Shown piece after piece: positions 38,167 to 48,743 of a stretch of DNA of 64,000 bases. The stretch spans positions 31,248,001 through 31,312,000 of the forward strand of contig CATNEN010000038.1 of the NCBI GenBank assembly GCA_950097015.1, in the 5' to 3' direction. A model generated the notes under the pieces. The model did no database searches. It was not told the DNA's origin and worked only from the letters and a program-made list of their open reading frames with translations. The translations under genes and the position numbers were made by a program. Position 1 is the first letter of the stretch. Each line of letters opens with the position of its first letter. The DNA comes from Macrostomum hystrix. Lineage: Eukaryota; Animalia; Platyhelminthes.

Positions 38167-38718
38167 CTAGCCTGGGTCGTGGCCGTTGGTATTTACCTGC
38201 GCAGCAGCGGACCTCAGGCGGTCGGCGAATGAGGCATATGATTCGCCTCGGTCCTGCCTCAGGTTGCGCCCGCTGAGGAGCCGGGCATAGGGGGTGCAGG
38301 CGCCGCTGAGGGCCTCGGTCAGGTCCTGCACGAACCGGAGATAGGTCACGCGGCGCGGCAGGGTCATCGCTTGGGTTAGGGGTTCACCGCCTAGGTGGGC
38401 CAGCAGGGTGAGGATTTTCTCCCCTTCTGTTTCCAAGCCCTCAGCCTCAACCTTCAGGTTAAACCGGCGCAGCCAGCGGGGAAAAGAGTCTGCTGCCGAT
38501 TCGAATGGTTCCAGGGCAACTTTCACCCTGTGAGTTCTTGCTCGACGCGGCTCTAGACGCTCCATCAGGGAGGCTAGGCGCTCGATGGGGTCCCCTTGAT
38601 TGGCGGCTGCAGCTGCTGCTGCCGCTGGGGGATCGGCGCGCGCTGCGGCAGCAGCGCGGCCTCTAGGTGGGCGGGGGGCGCCGATGGCCTCGACGACCTC
38701 ATCCTCCTGGTCGGACAT
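38167..38718 (-). CDS. gag: Short Ty3/Gypsy-type Gag (capsid only, 183 aa, no zinc knuckle)
   Basis: LEPF..FPRWLRRF, K..LLAHLGG and MHR-like LRQDRGESYASFADRLR. Lies in sense orientation, downstream of the PBS. Confidence 0.8.
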   Translation of the reverse strand: MSDQEDEVVEAIGAPRPPRGRAAAAARADPPAAAAAAAANQGDPIERLASLMERLEPRRARTHRVKVALEPFESAADSFPRWLRRFNLKVEAEGLETEGEKILTLLAHLGGEPLTQAMTLPRRVTYLRFVQDLTEALSGACTPYARLLSGRNLRQDRGESYASFADRLRSAAAQVNTNGHDPG

Positions 38719-40006
38719 TTTCGGCCAAAAGAGAAAATGAGGGTTTTGCGAATTGAAAAGGGGTGTTTGTCGCTAATGCAACAATGGGGAAGGAGAGAAA
38801 GGGGAGGCACGGATCACGACCGGGGGTCGTGCGAGAGGGAAAGAGAATGGGCCTGAGTTGTCAAATCCAGCCCTAATTAATGACGCGGGCAAATTCCCTA
38901 CTCCTAGCAAACAATCCTTCAGCAAAAATGAGATCAAAGATCAATGAGAGAGAAAAGGGCCCAGGGCCCTGGCTAGCTTTGCTTCCAGCCTTGGCTACCG
39001 ACAACTGCTTGCGCGCACTTAAGTTTGGGACATAGAAGTCTAGGTTTTAACTTAGCACTCATTCAGCAACCCTATAGCAGACTGTTACACTATAGGTACG
39101 GCGGGGCCAGTACTACTGCAAGCTTGCGCCTGCAGCAGCCTATCTCCCTACCTTGGAAAGTACGCGACTCAAAAAGTCATTCAAAGAAGGCTAATCCCCG
39201 ATTCGCTCAGAGGGCCCTTCCCGGTTGGGATGGCCGGGGGCTTCGCCTCCGCGATTTACGAGGCTGGGGATCCCAGGAATTATACATCTGAGACCTCGCT
39301 CGGTTAGGGGTCCGTGGCTTAGAGCCCGGTTTCTCCGTTTAGACCATCCCTCAGAGAGTTTCTTAGAAAGACGCGCCGACCGAATTCTAGCCCATACTTG
39401 AAGTAGGCAGTTTCGAGAGGCGGGCACGGGGGTCGCTAGACCTCCCTCAGAAGTCCCACCTCCCTAACTGTTCCCCACCAAAGTCAGACTTGGTCAAAGC
39501 TATGTGACACATTCAGAATCAGGTACACGTAAGCAGGCCCGCAAGCTGCCCAAGAGAACCAATCCCCGGTGCTCAGCGAGTCATCGATTCCCGGCTGCAT
39601 TGCCGGGGGCTCCCCTCGCTCGGTTAGAAGGCCGAACGGCGTTGCCCGGTCCCTCGTTAAGAATGGCCCCTCCCAGATCAGTCACGCGGGAAAACCCCAC
39701 AGACAGTCCCTGACTCCTGCAGCAGCCACTAACCCGAAGACACTCTAGCATGAAGTCCGCTCACACAGCCTACTCATAGTAGAAAGTCGCTAATCAGAAT
39801 TTTGGAAACTCTAACAAACGCCTAAATTAAATTGAAAACAAATCGTAACTGTTCGGAAATTAATTGACAGTCACTAGAACTGAGATAAGATTTCGGCATA
39901 CGGAAAATGAAATCTAGAAGAAGCCCTTACGGCTAACTACCCCAGAAATCTGCGGCGCTAAACTAACAATTGAAAAAAAATTCAGGTTCGTTTCGCGCCC
40001 TTTCTA

Positions 40007-40025
40007 AATCCCACCGCTGCCACCA
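40007..40025 (-). promoter_or_regulatory. Primer-binding site TGGTGGCAGCGGTGGGATT (tRNA-Leu)
   Basis: One nt after the CA of the 5' LTR. Complementary to the 3' end AATCCCACCGCTGCCA-CCA of animal tRNA-Leu(AAG/TAG). Confidence 0.9.
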
Positions 40026-40026
40026 T

Positions 40027-42349
40027 TGAAATAGTGCGGGTCTTTTGCAAGCCGATGACCGCCCTCATGAAAGATAGGAGTGTGGAAGACGACGATAGAG
40101 TCGGAGGTCGATCGCTGCTGCCGCGAGTTGTCGCAGAGAGGGATGACGAAGGGAGGGATGAAGGGAGAGATGAAGGGAGAGATGAGGCGGTACAAAGGAT
40201 GCAAGTGAGTGGTCCTATTGGCCTCAGGCTGGCCAGTCCCACCCAACCCATAGGCCACAGGCATGACTGCCGTGCCCACCCCAAGCAGTGCTCGAAACCG
40301 GCTAAAAGTCTAAATAGATGTCGGACTACCCGCAAGCGAATAGGACAGGGCTAGATAGCCTACTGTCATCAGTAGCATGTTCGTAACTGACTCCTAACTT
40401 TGGTAGCAGTGGTCGACTCGGCCTAGGCTCTTGTCTTAGAAATGCGGAAAGGCTATCGGCAAAGCGGATAATGATCGAAGGTAGCGCCACCACCCAATGC
40501 GCCTACGTTGCCACCGCAGACATTTGGGAACTTGGGTCCCCGGAGCTCGCGGCTCCCAGTTTGTCACACAGATCTTAGACAAGCCGAAAAATAGAGCATT
40601 CTGTAACTTCCGTTTTAGACTAGGGTGAGAACCCCAGAATGGATCGAGTCACGCCTCACAAGGGGATTCCTGAAACTGCGCTACAGTGGTCTAGAAAGGT
40701 GGTACTCCGAACCCGAATGAGAAATCCATAGCCAGAATCCTACTCATGAGACATTAGACACATTCCTTACATTAGATTGCAGCCTACACATTGAATAACT
40801 AGCAAATCCGAATCTGTGTGAGATGAGGAAATCAGAGGCAGGAGAGATTGAGCAGAACACTGGCTGAGTGATTATGCAAGCGGTGATTATTAGATCACAC
40901 CCCTCGCTCCCATGGCGGCGGCAGCGAGAGGCGGGGAACAGAAGGGAAACATTAATTGACAAGGGAGGTTGACACGCACTCCTTGATCTGCCAGAAAGAG
41001 AGGAAAAACCCGCCAAGGAATTCCCCCACCCCTAGCAGAGAAACACATGCTACGCTCCGCATATTACTCGCAAATCCCTAGCTCCTTATTACTCTCATGC
41101 GCGCTCACAGTTATCCTCCTGCCGCAGCTTTCAGCTAGGCATCACCAGAGCCCATCCCCCTAATAAGTTAGCCACTCATGATCGAGGGCTGTCTAACGAT
41201 AAAATAAGAGAAAGTGAAATGCATAGTAAAAAGGATTTAAGTTGTTATTAAATTGCCCAATAAATTAGATAAGTTGTGAATTAATAGTTTTATTAGGCTA
41301 AATCAAATCCCTGCCCTTGCCCTTTTACCCACTAGCTAAATAGTAAATCCCTTAGGGATAGCAATAACAGTCCGCTGCGCGGGTTACTTATCTGACTACG
41401 CTGGTTGACAGGCTGCAGGTCGTCGATCTCGCGGGGGAATGCAAATGAACGGGAGAAAAGGTGAGGGATTGCTGAGTACAGTTGGCAAGGGGCCAGACTG
41501 CAGGGAGCTCAAGGCTCAATTTGGAGCGCACCTAAGGAGGTGGCTTGCGCTTAAGGGCACTAGCAGGTAGTTGCCTGCTGCTATGCTCTGGAGCCTTAGG
41601 CTCAGGGACTAGGTGCTAGCCTAGAAGGGGGAGGGTCCACGGACCGAGTTCCGGGACCGGACAAGGGAAAAAGGTTGTAAGGGCGGAAAAGGTAGGTTCG
41701 GGGGAAGGTTGTCCTAGGGGCAGCGCAGCGCGCTCTCTTAAATAGTCCTGCAGCTCCGCCAACCTCGCATTCATCAAAATAACCCACATGCTCGCCGGCC
41801 TGTCAGCGAGGAATCGGGTCGGCATAATGCCACCCCAATTGCCCACTGAAGCGGCGGCGAGAATCGCCAGATGCCCCACTAGGAGCGTCTGCCGGCAGTC
41901 GGCCAATGATTGTGATCCCGCCGGGATATGGGAAGCGCAGGCGCCGACCTGCCTATAGTGTCGTTACATGTATCTAAAGGGGGAAAGGTCATAATCGAGC
42001 TTCGGCTCGGGTTACAGTAAAGAAGAGGGACATGAAGAATTAAAGCTCACTCTAAACGCATGAGTGATCCCGACAATCTGATCGCGGTTTGGAGGGGAAT
42101 TATAACCTAAACTAGTCCATACAGTATTGCTATTTCCGCGATCAGTCACTCCTACAGGGGACTAGACAGATCCGAGACAAAGGGAATCGGCGGCTACTTA
42201 ATTCACCTCCGCCCCAAGTCTGGCCCTAAGATTAATGATGGTGTTCTGCGGCCAGCTGCTATGTGGGTCGCGATTATTGACTTGCTAAAAATTGGAAAAA
42301 TTCGGCTGGCTCACATTCCCACTCGATTCCCGCAGCACACTCCACATCA
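40027..42349 (-). repeat. 5' LTR
   Basis: Direct repeat of 32988-35311, adjacent to the PBS. Confidence 0.95.
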
Positions 42350-42355
42350 TTATTA

Positions 42356-42590
42356 TTGACAATAAAAAATTTAGGGCAGTTGTAAACACCTGTTTGAGCG
42401 TGTGCCTGCGTACACTATCTGTGTGCCTGTGTACACTATCTGTGTGCCTGCGTACACTATCTGTGTGCCTGTGTACACTATCTGTGTGCCTGTGTGCTCA
42501 GGATTCAGCGCGCGGGTCTGGTGTCGCCAAATTATTTTCTAGTAGCCGTCCTGCTAATAATAATAATATTATTATTTTTATTATTATGTA
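42356..42590 (+). mobile_element. SINE family 2, 3' part, with an internal 21-bp tandem expansion (42400-42493)
   Basis: Continues the family 2 body (GTGTGCCTGCGTACA.TATCTG..CTCAGGA.TCAGCG). Confidence 0.75.
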
Positions 42591-42921
42591 ACCTTAAAAG
42601 ACGACACAGCCGGATCGCACTTAAAAGATCTAAATGTAAAAAACACGCTTTTTAATACTGTGAGTAGTGCATCAGCAGTTGAGTGCAGGTTCAGCTAAAA
42701 TAATTGAAGCAGGGATTGAATGGGGATGAGATGAACTTAGAAAAAGGTAGGCAGTAAAAGTTAGTAAAAATGTGAAAATTATTATCAGTATCAATAGTAC
42801 TTGCGGAAATGAATTACTTGTATCATGTATAAGAGAATGTTGATAAAATGATCTACAGTATTAGATACATGCCTTTTTCAGGATTGAAATTTTAGTTTTA
42901 GCCGTTTTGTATCGGGCGTCG

Positions 42922-43345
42922 GTGGTTGAGTGCGGTCTAACGCGTTTGTCTCTCGCACCAAGGTCCCTGAGCTCGATTCCGCGGCGAGGCCACATTCATT
43001 TGAGGCGCAGCCGCGGAGAGAAGGCTTAGAGGCTTGTCGTGCAATTGAGGCCCAACCTCCAAGGCTCAGTGAAGCTACACTGCCCGTCGATGAGAAAGTC
43101 AGGGCAGGTGTACACACCCTGTGTGAGTGTGTGCCTGCGTACAGTATCTGTCTACGTGCGTAAGTGTGTACTCAGGAGTCAGCGAAATGGGCAGAATTGC
43201 CTCTAGTATCTCAAAATCCTGCAATTATTGTTGCTGTCATTGTTATTAAAGCACTTTAGACAAAAATGTGATCATACGGTTTCTCATCGCATCGAGGTCC
43301 CCGAGCTCGATTCTGCGGTGAGGCCACATCTTCGTTTAAGGGCAC
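42922..43345 (+). mobile_element. SINE family 2 copy (to ~43240) plus a head fragment (~43280-43345)
   Basis: Similar to the copies at 32499 and 62055. Confidence 0.8.
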
Positions 43346-44235
43346 AGACGCGGAGAGAATACCTAGGCGTATGAAAATCTCATTTTTAATATTATAAGAA
43401 ATGTTATCATTACAAGCGCTATTGAATCATATTACTTCACTCGTGTTTTCTCCTAATAAAATAGTGTGCTTATAACCTATTTCTATAGTGCAGTCAAGCA
43501 GAAAAAATGTGCTTCGTTGTATAAATCAATTTTTGTTATAATTCATTTTAAACTGCCTCCCTACAGACTTGACTATTTACTAATTGCTTAGAAACTAGTA
43601 TATATACTCGTACATATTTCCGACTGCAGGCATTGTGACTTGATTGAAATTGAAATCTCATTTTTGCCTACGGGGGGAGAAATTTGTCAAAGAGCTAGCT
43701 GGAGTTCAATTTTAGTTGCTAAAGGCCCAGGTGTCATTTTATTTACTGCTGATTGGCTGCACGAACAGCTGAATTCGTGAGTGCGAACCAAGTGCAGGAT
43801 GACGGTGCACTCTTCTGCTTGCTTATTTGCCGGGGGCATGAAACCGAGATTTTGATGCATTTGTAGCATTCTTTCACGCAATTGGATTATATATTTCCAG
43901 AGACAGATGATAGCTACACGGATTAAGACTCGGTTTGAGTTGCAGCTTTGTTTACTGTTATCAGCTCAGCAAATCCGGGTGTACCCAGCCTGCTGGCGTA
44001 GAAATTCATTTCCTAGAAAACTTTACTGCGAAGAAACGACTGCACGTAATATTTATAACAAAATCGAAATCTAAGAAACAACTATCAAATGAAACTTTAA
44101 ATCCATCAGTTCCTGATCCACCCACACAAAGTAAAGCCGATTGCAGAATAAATCAGAAAAAAACACAAGAAATGCGAAATCTTCAGACTATATGATAATT
44201 TTTCCTTAAAATTATAGTCGAAATTACACATGAAT

Positions 44236-44835
44236 AAACTGTCGAAATGTCAGATGCTAAAACTGTCTAATTGTCAGATGATGAAACTGTCGAAATGTCA
44301 GATGATGAAACTGTCGAAATGTCAGATGCTGAAACTGTCGAAATGTCAGATGCTGAAACTGTCGAAATGTCAGATGCTGAAACTGTCGAAATGTCAGATG
44401 ATGAAAATGTCGAAATGTCAGATGATGAAACTGTCGAAATGTCAGATGATGAAACTGTCGAAATGTCAGATGATGAAACTGTCGAAATGTCAGATGATGA
44501 AACTGTCGAAATGTCAGATGATGAAACTGTCGAAATGTCAGATGATGAAACTGTCGAAATGTCAGATGATGAAACTGTCTAATTGTCAGATGATGAAAAT
44601 GTCGAAATGTCAGATGATGAAACTGTCGAAATGTCAGATGATGAAACTGTCGAAATGTCAGATGATGAAACTGTCGAAATTTCAGATGCTGAAACTGTTG
44701 AGATGTCAGATGATGAAACTGTCTAATTGTCAGATGATGAAACTGTCGAAATGTCAGATGATGAAAATGTCGAAATGTCAGATGATGAAACTGTCGAAAT
44801 GTCAGATGATGAAACTGTCGAAACGTCAGATGAAC
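44236..44835 (+). repeat. 21-bp satellite GATGAAACTGTCGAAATGTCA
   Basis: Tandem repeat read directly. Confidence 0.97.
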
Positions 44836-45094
44836 AAGCTGTCACAACGTCTGATTACTGAAATTGTTGGTCAGTTTTACTTTACGCGGATCGCAACGAG
44901 TTAAATAAAATTATTCAAACTTTAAGACTTTTGATTTCAAGGAAACCTAACAATGATTTTGCTTGAATTATAATAAAATATATTAATTAGTACAAAGTCA
45001 ATTATGAAAACAGATTGTTAGACAATCTATTGCAAACAACAGCAAACACCCATACAGTTAGCGAACTACATGAAGATTGCCTTCACAGTTGAAT

Positions 45095-46237
45095 TTATTG
45101 TCTTTTAAAAAGCGACAGAAATTGTTTGCGAAAAGTGCAACTGGTCAGCAGGAAGATGGCGAAGTTCAACAGCGAATCCGTGCCAATCAGCATGTTGCTG
45201 AGGTGCTCGGTGAATGCCGAGTTCTCGCCCATGAGAACGAACACGCTGCAAGGCGTCTCCATGACAACGAACAGGGCCGCCACGGTTACTATGGTGATGG
45301 TTGCCCTGACAACACGATTCGAACCTGCGCTGCGGCCGCTTTCGCCTCCGCCAACCGTGGACCGCAGCTGCTGCTGGCATCGGCCCGGAGACGCCCCGCC
45401 ACTGGTTGCCATGGAGTTGCTATGCCAACGACGAGGTAAGCGCGGATTTTTTTGACCCGGCTGCAGCTGCAGAAGCTGCTGCTGCTGCTGTTGCTGGTTG
45501 AGGTGCTCGGACCCCTGCCAACCGGTCCAGTCTGAGCCGCCGTTCCCGAAACCGCCGGCTCCGCGTTTGCAGCAGCGCAGCCTGGCTAGATCCGTTGCCA
45601 TGACAACAGAAGCCGCGAACACTAAAACGCTCGGCACTGGAGCCTGCACCACCACGGCGACCTTGAGAGCGGCGGCGCTGCCAACGACAGCCGCCCAGAT
45701 CCTCAGGGCGGTGAAGGCGATGCCCAATGAGACGCAGGCTGCATAGCAGCGCAGGTAGACGGTGCGGGTGAACACTGTCCGGGCTGTGAAAGGGCAGAGA
45801 ATCACAGCGCAGCGGGCCAGGGTGAAGCTGGTGATCCACCAGTTGCGCAAGAAAAGCCCGGCGTTGGACGGCGCGAAGAAGGCCACGCAGAGCAGCAGTC
45901 GGCTGTCGATCACTGCAGCATTGTCCTCCAACGACTCCGAGACCACCGTTGAGTTCAACAGCCAAGCGGCCGTGGAGGCATTGGTTGTTACTGGGCCGCC
46001 CTGGCAGGCGCCGGTCGCCAAGTTGACGGAGGTAAACGCCAGGTGAGAAGCGTCGAACGCGAACTCGGAGGCGGACAGCAGAAGGAGGCCGAGCAGAGAG
46101 GCGGAGCGGGAGGCCCGGTACAGTCTCAGGAACAGGTGTGTGGCGCAGCTATTTGAGAAGGTTGACGCCACGTTAATGCACAACTGGGCCAGCAGCCAAG
46201 CCTTCTCGTTGTCAATGACAACGGTGCGATTATTCAT
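45095..46237 (-). CDS. Intronless class A GPCR, peptide (FMRFamide/srw-like) receptor type, 380 aa
   Basis: About 7 hydrophobic segments. TM3 FTLARCAVILCPF, TM6 LFVVMETP and TM7/H8 DSLLNFAIFLLTSCTFRKQF. Confidence 0.85.
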   Translation of the reverse strand: MNNRTVVIDNEKAWLLAQLCINVASTFSNSCATHLFLRLYRASRSASLLGLLLLSASEFAFDASHLAFTSVNLATGACQGGPVTTNASTAAWLLNSTVVSESLEDNAAVIDSRLLLCVAFFAPSNAGLFLRNWWITSFTLARCAVILCPFTARTVFTRTVYLRCYAACVSLGIAFTALRIWAAVVGSAAALKVAVVVQAPVPSVLVFAASVVMATDLARLRCCKRGAGGFGNGGSDWTGWQGSEHLNQQQQQQQLLQLQPGQKNPRLPRRWHSNSMATSGGASPGRCQQQLRSTVGGGESGRSAGSNRVVRATITIVTVAALFVVMETPCSVFVLMGENSAFTEHLSNMLIGTDSLLNFAIFLLTSCTFRKQFLSLFKRQ

Positions 46238-46684
46238 ATTGAAATGTTATCACCGTGTTCAACGGATGTCGACAAAATCTGAAATCACTAGTGAAGCCCC
46301 AGCATCAAGCTGAAGTACTGACGAAGGGATTAGGGAATCCGAGCTTCAGCCAATCACAGTGAAGATACAGTTTCTCCCCCGCTTGAGTCTGTTAAAAAAT
46401 TAGAAGCAAAAAAACGTTGCGATTGGGAATCAAAGAAAGGGGGAAATGACGCTTTTGTGTGTTTATGCGCCATTTCGTAGGGTTATAAAACAACAAAAAT
46501 CTATTGACTCAGAATATTTATTTTCCTCTTTTTGAATTTATCTCGACTCGCAATTCATTTGAGAAAACAAATTTCCCGCTACGCCATACTTCCTCTGACT
46601 TCCTCCTCTTGGTTGCCCTTCGATCCACCAGTGCCTCGCTTTTACCAATGGATTCCCCAATCACTTTTCTTTTACAATAGCTTC

Positions 46685-47125
46685 CTCCCCCCTCTCTCCC
46701 TTCCTTTCTACCTTCCTCTCTCCCTTCCTCTCTCCCTTCCTCCCTTCCTCTCTCCCTTCCTGTCTCCCTTCCTCTCTCCCTTCCTCTCTTCCTTCCTTGC
46801 TATCTTCCTCTCTCCCTTCCTCTCACCCCTAATTTCTCCGATCCTGTCTCCCTTCCTCTCTTCCTTCCTCTCTCGCTTCCTCTATCTCTTCCTCTCTCCC
46901 TTCCTCTCTCCCTTCCTCTCTTCCTTCCTTGCTATCTTCCTCTCTCCCTTCCTCTCTCCCTTCCTCTATCCCTTCCTCTATCCCTTCCTCTCACCCTTAA
47001 TTTCTCCCATCCTCTCTCCCTTCGTCTCTCCCTTTATCTCTACCTTCCTCTCTCCCTTCCTCTCACCTAACTTTCTCCCATCCTCTCTCCCTTCGTCTCT
47101 CCCTTCCTCTCTCAATTCCTCTCAA
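46685..47125 (+). repeat. Pyrimidine-rich 12-bp repeat (CCCTTCCTCTCT)n
   Basis: Read directly. Confidence 0.9.
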
Positions 47126-47884
47126 CCCGTCTTCAATCCCTTCGCCGTGGATTCGAGTTCGTGCAGTTACGAGATATCAGTCCCGTTTGCTGTCCGCAAT
47201 AGTAATTTTAGAAGCAGCACTGAAATAAAAAATAATTGCAAGTTGAGAGCCTCAAAAGCAAGTCTGTTTGGATACATTTTTTTGGTTTAGTTTTGGGCAA
47301 AATAAAATTTAATTATGGATTTCATGAAGAAGCATCACTGTAGATGTGACTGGAATTTGATTAAAAAAAGTAGAATAGACAAGCCTCTATTGTTTGAATA
47401 CTATTGTATTTAGTTCGTTTTAAAAAACTGTTTTTGTTTTTATTTGAAGGACGCGCTTTTCATTAAAAAAACTAGATTTTTCTGAAAGCCGCAGTCGAAA
47501 AGTTCATGTAAATACGCAGACTGACAAGTAAAATCTAAAGAGTTATCATTTCTGCAACTTTCTGGGAAATACAATATTTTATTGATAACTTTTCTGCTTT
47601 TCCCGAACTTCTTCTTGTAAATGACCTATTTTAGATTTTAGGCTACATGAGTTGATTTTTTCAGCTATACGTGACTGAAATGCCGAGAAGTATTTCGCCT
47701 GCTACAAGACTGTTGCTCACATGAGCAGGAAGCGACTCACGACAGAGTCGATGGATTGGGGATTCATAATTGGGATATGGGGATTAGAGTGAGTCCAGTG
47801 GCGAGACAGGGAATCTGGCTGAATAGAGATGGCAAAATTACTGACTTGAGCTCGGGGGAGAAAGGGGAAAGCTATGTGGAAATT

Positions 47885-48420
47885 GGGAAGAGGAAGGTAG
47901 AGAGGAAGGGAGTGAGGAAAGTAGAGAAGAAAATAGAAATGAAGGGAGTGAGGAAAGTAGAGATGAAGGGAGAGAGAGAGGAAAGTTGAGATGAAGGGAG
48001 GGAGGAAGGGAGAGAGGTAGGGAGTCAGTGGTATGAAAAGAGGTAGGGAGTCAGTGGAAGGGAGAGAGGAAGGGAGAGAGGTAGGGAGTCAGTGGAAGGG
48101 AGAGAGGAAGGGAGAGAGGTAGGGAGTCAGTGGAAGGGAGAGAGGAAGGGAGAGAGGTAGGGAGTCAGTGGAAGGGAGAGAGGAAGGGAGAGAGGTAGGG
48201 AGTCAGTGGAAGGGAGAGAGGAAGGGAGAGAGGTAGGGAGTCAGTGGTATGAAAAGAGGTAGGGAGTCAGTGGAAGGGAGAGAGGAAGGGAGAGAGGTAG
48301 GGAGTCAGTGGAAGGGAGAGAGGAAGGGAGAGAGGTAGGGAGTCAGTGGAAGGGAGAGAGGAAGGGAGAGAGGTAGGGAGTCAGTAGAAGGGAGAGAGCA
48401 AGGGAGTCAGTGGAAGGGCC
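47885..48420 (+). repeat. Purine-rich repeat with GAAGGGAGAGAG core and longer units containing GTAGGGAGTCAGTG
   Basis: Read directly. Confidence 0.9.
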
Positions 48421-48743
48421 AGATAAAGAAAGAGAAGCACGTCTTAGTAAAAAAAGTTGCGAAAAAAGAATTGAATGCTGATTGATGTTAAGGAAACGAT
48501 AAGCGTGACTTAGACGAAGAATTTTGACGGTAAAAATTAATGTTTAAGCTATATCAACAGCCATGCAGGTAAGAGAGTGAAGTAAAGCTCAAAAGACTAG
48601 AATAAGACTACTGGCTCACAATGCAAGCTGTTGATTCCGTCGATTCCGTCCACAACAGGAGCCGATAAAAAAACTAAAAAAAAGTATTCATCCGTGAATT
48701 CCTCGATGGTTATTCACTGACATTCCTCAGACCTAATGAACCA

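Larger units (their letters stand above)
32988..42349 (-). mobile_element. Young non-autonomous gag-only LTR retrotransposon, 9362 bp
   Basis: Two TG..CA LTRs of 2324 and 2323 bp. By eye they differ by one homopolymer base. PBS, PPT and a TTAT flanking duplication are present, plus a gag-like ORF. No pol. Confidence 0.95.
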
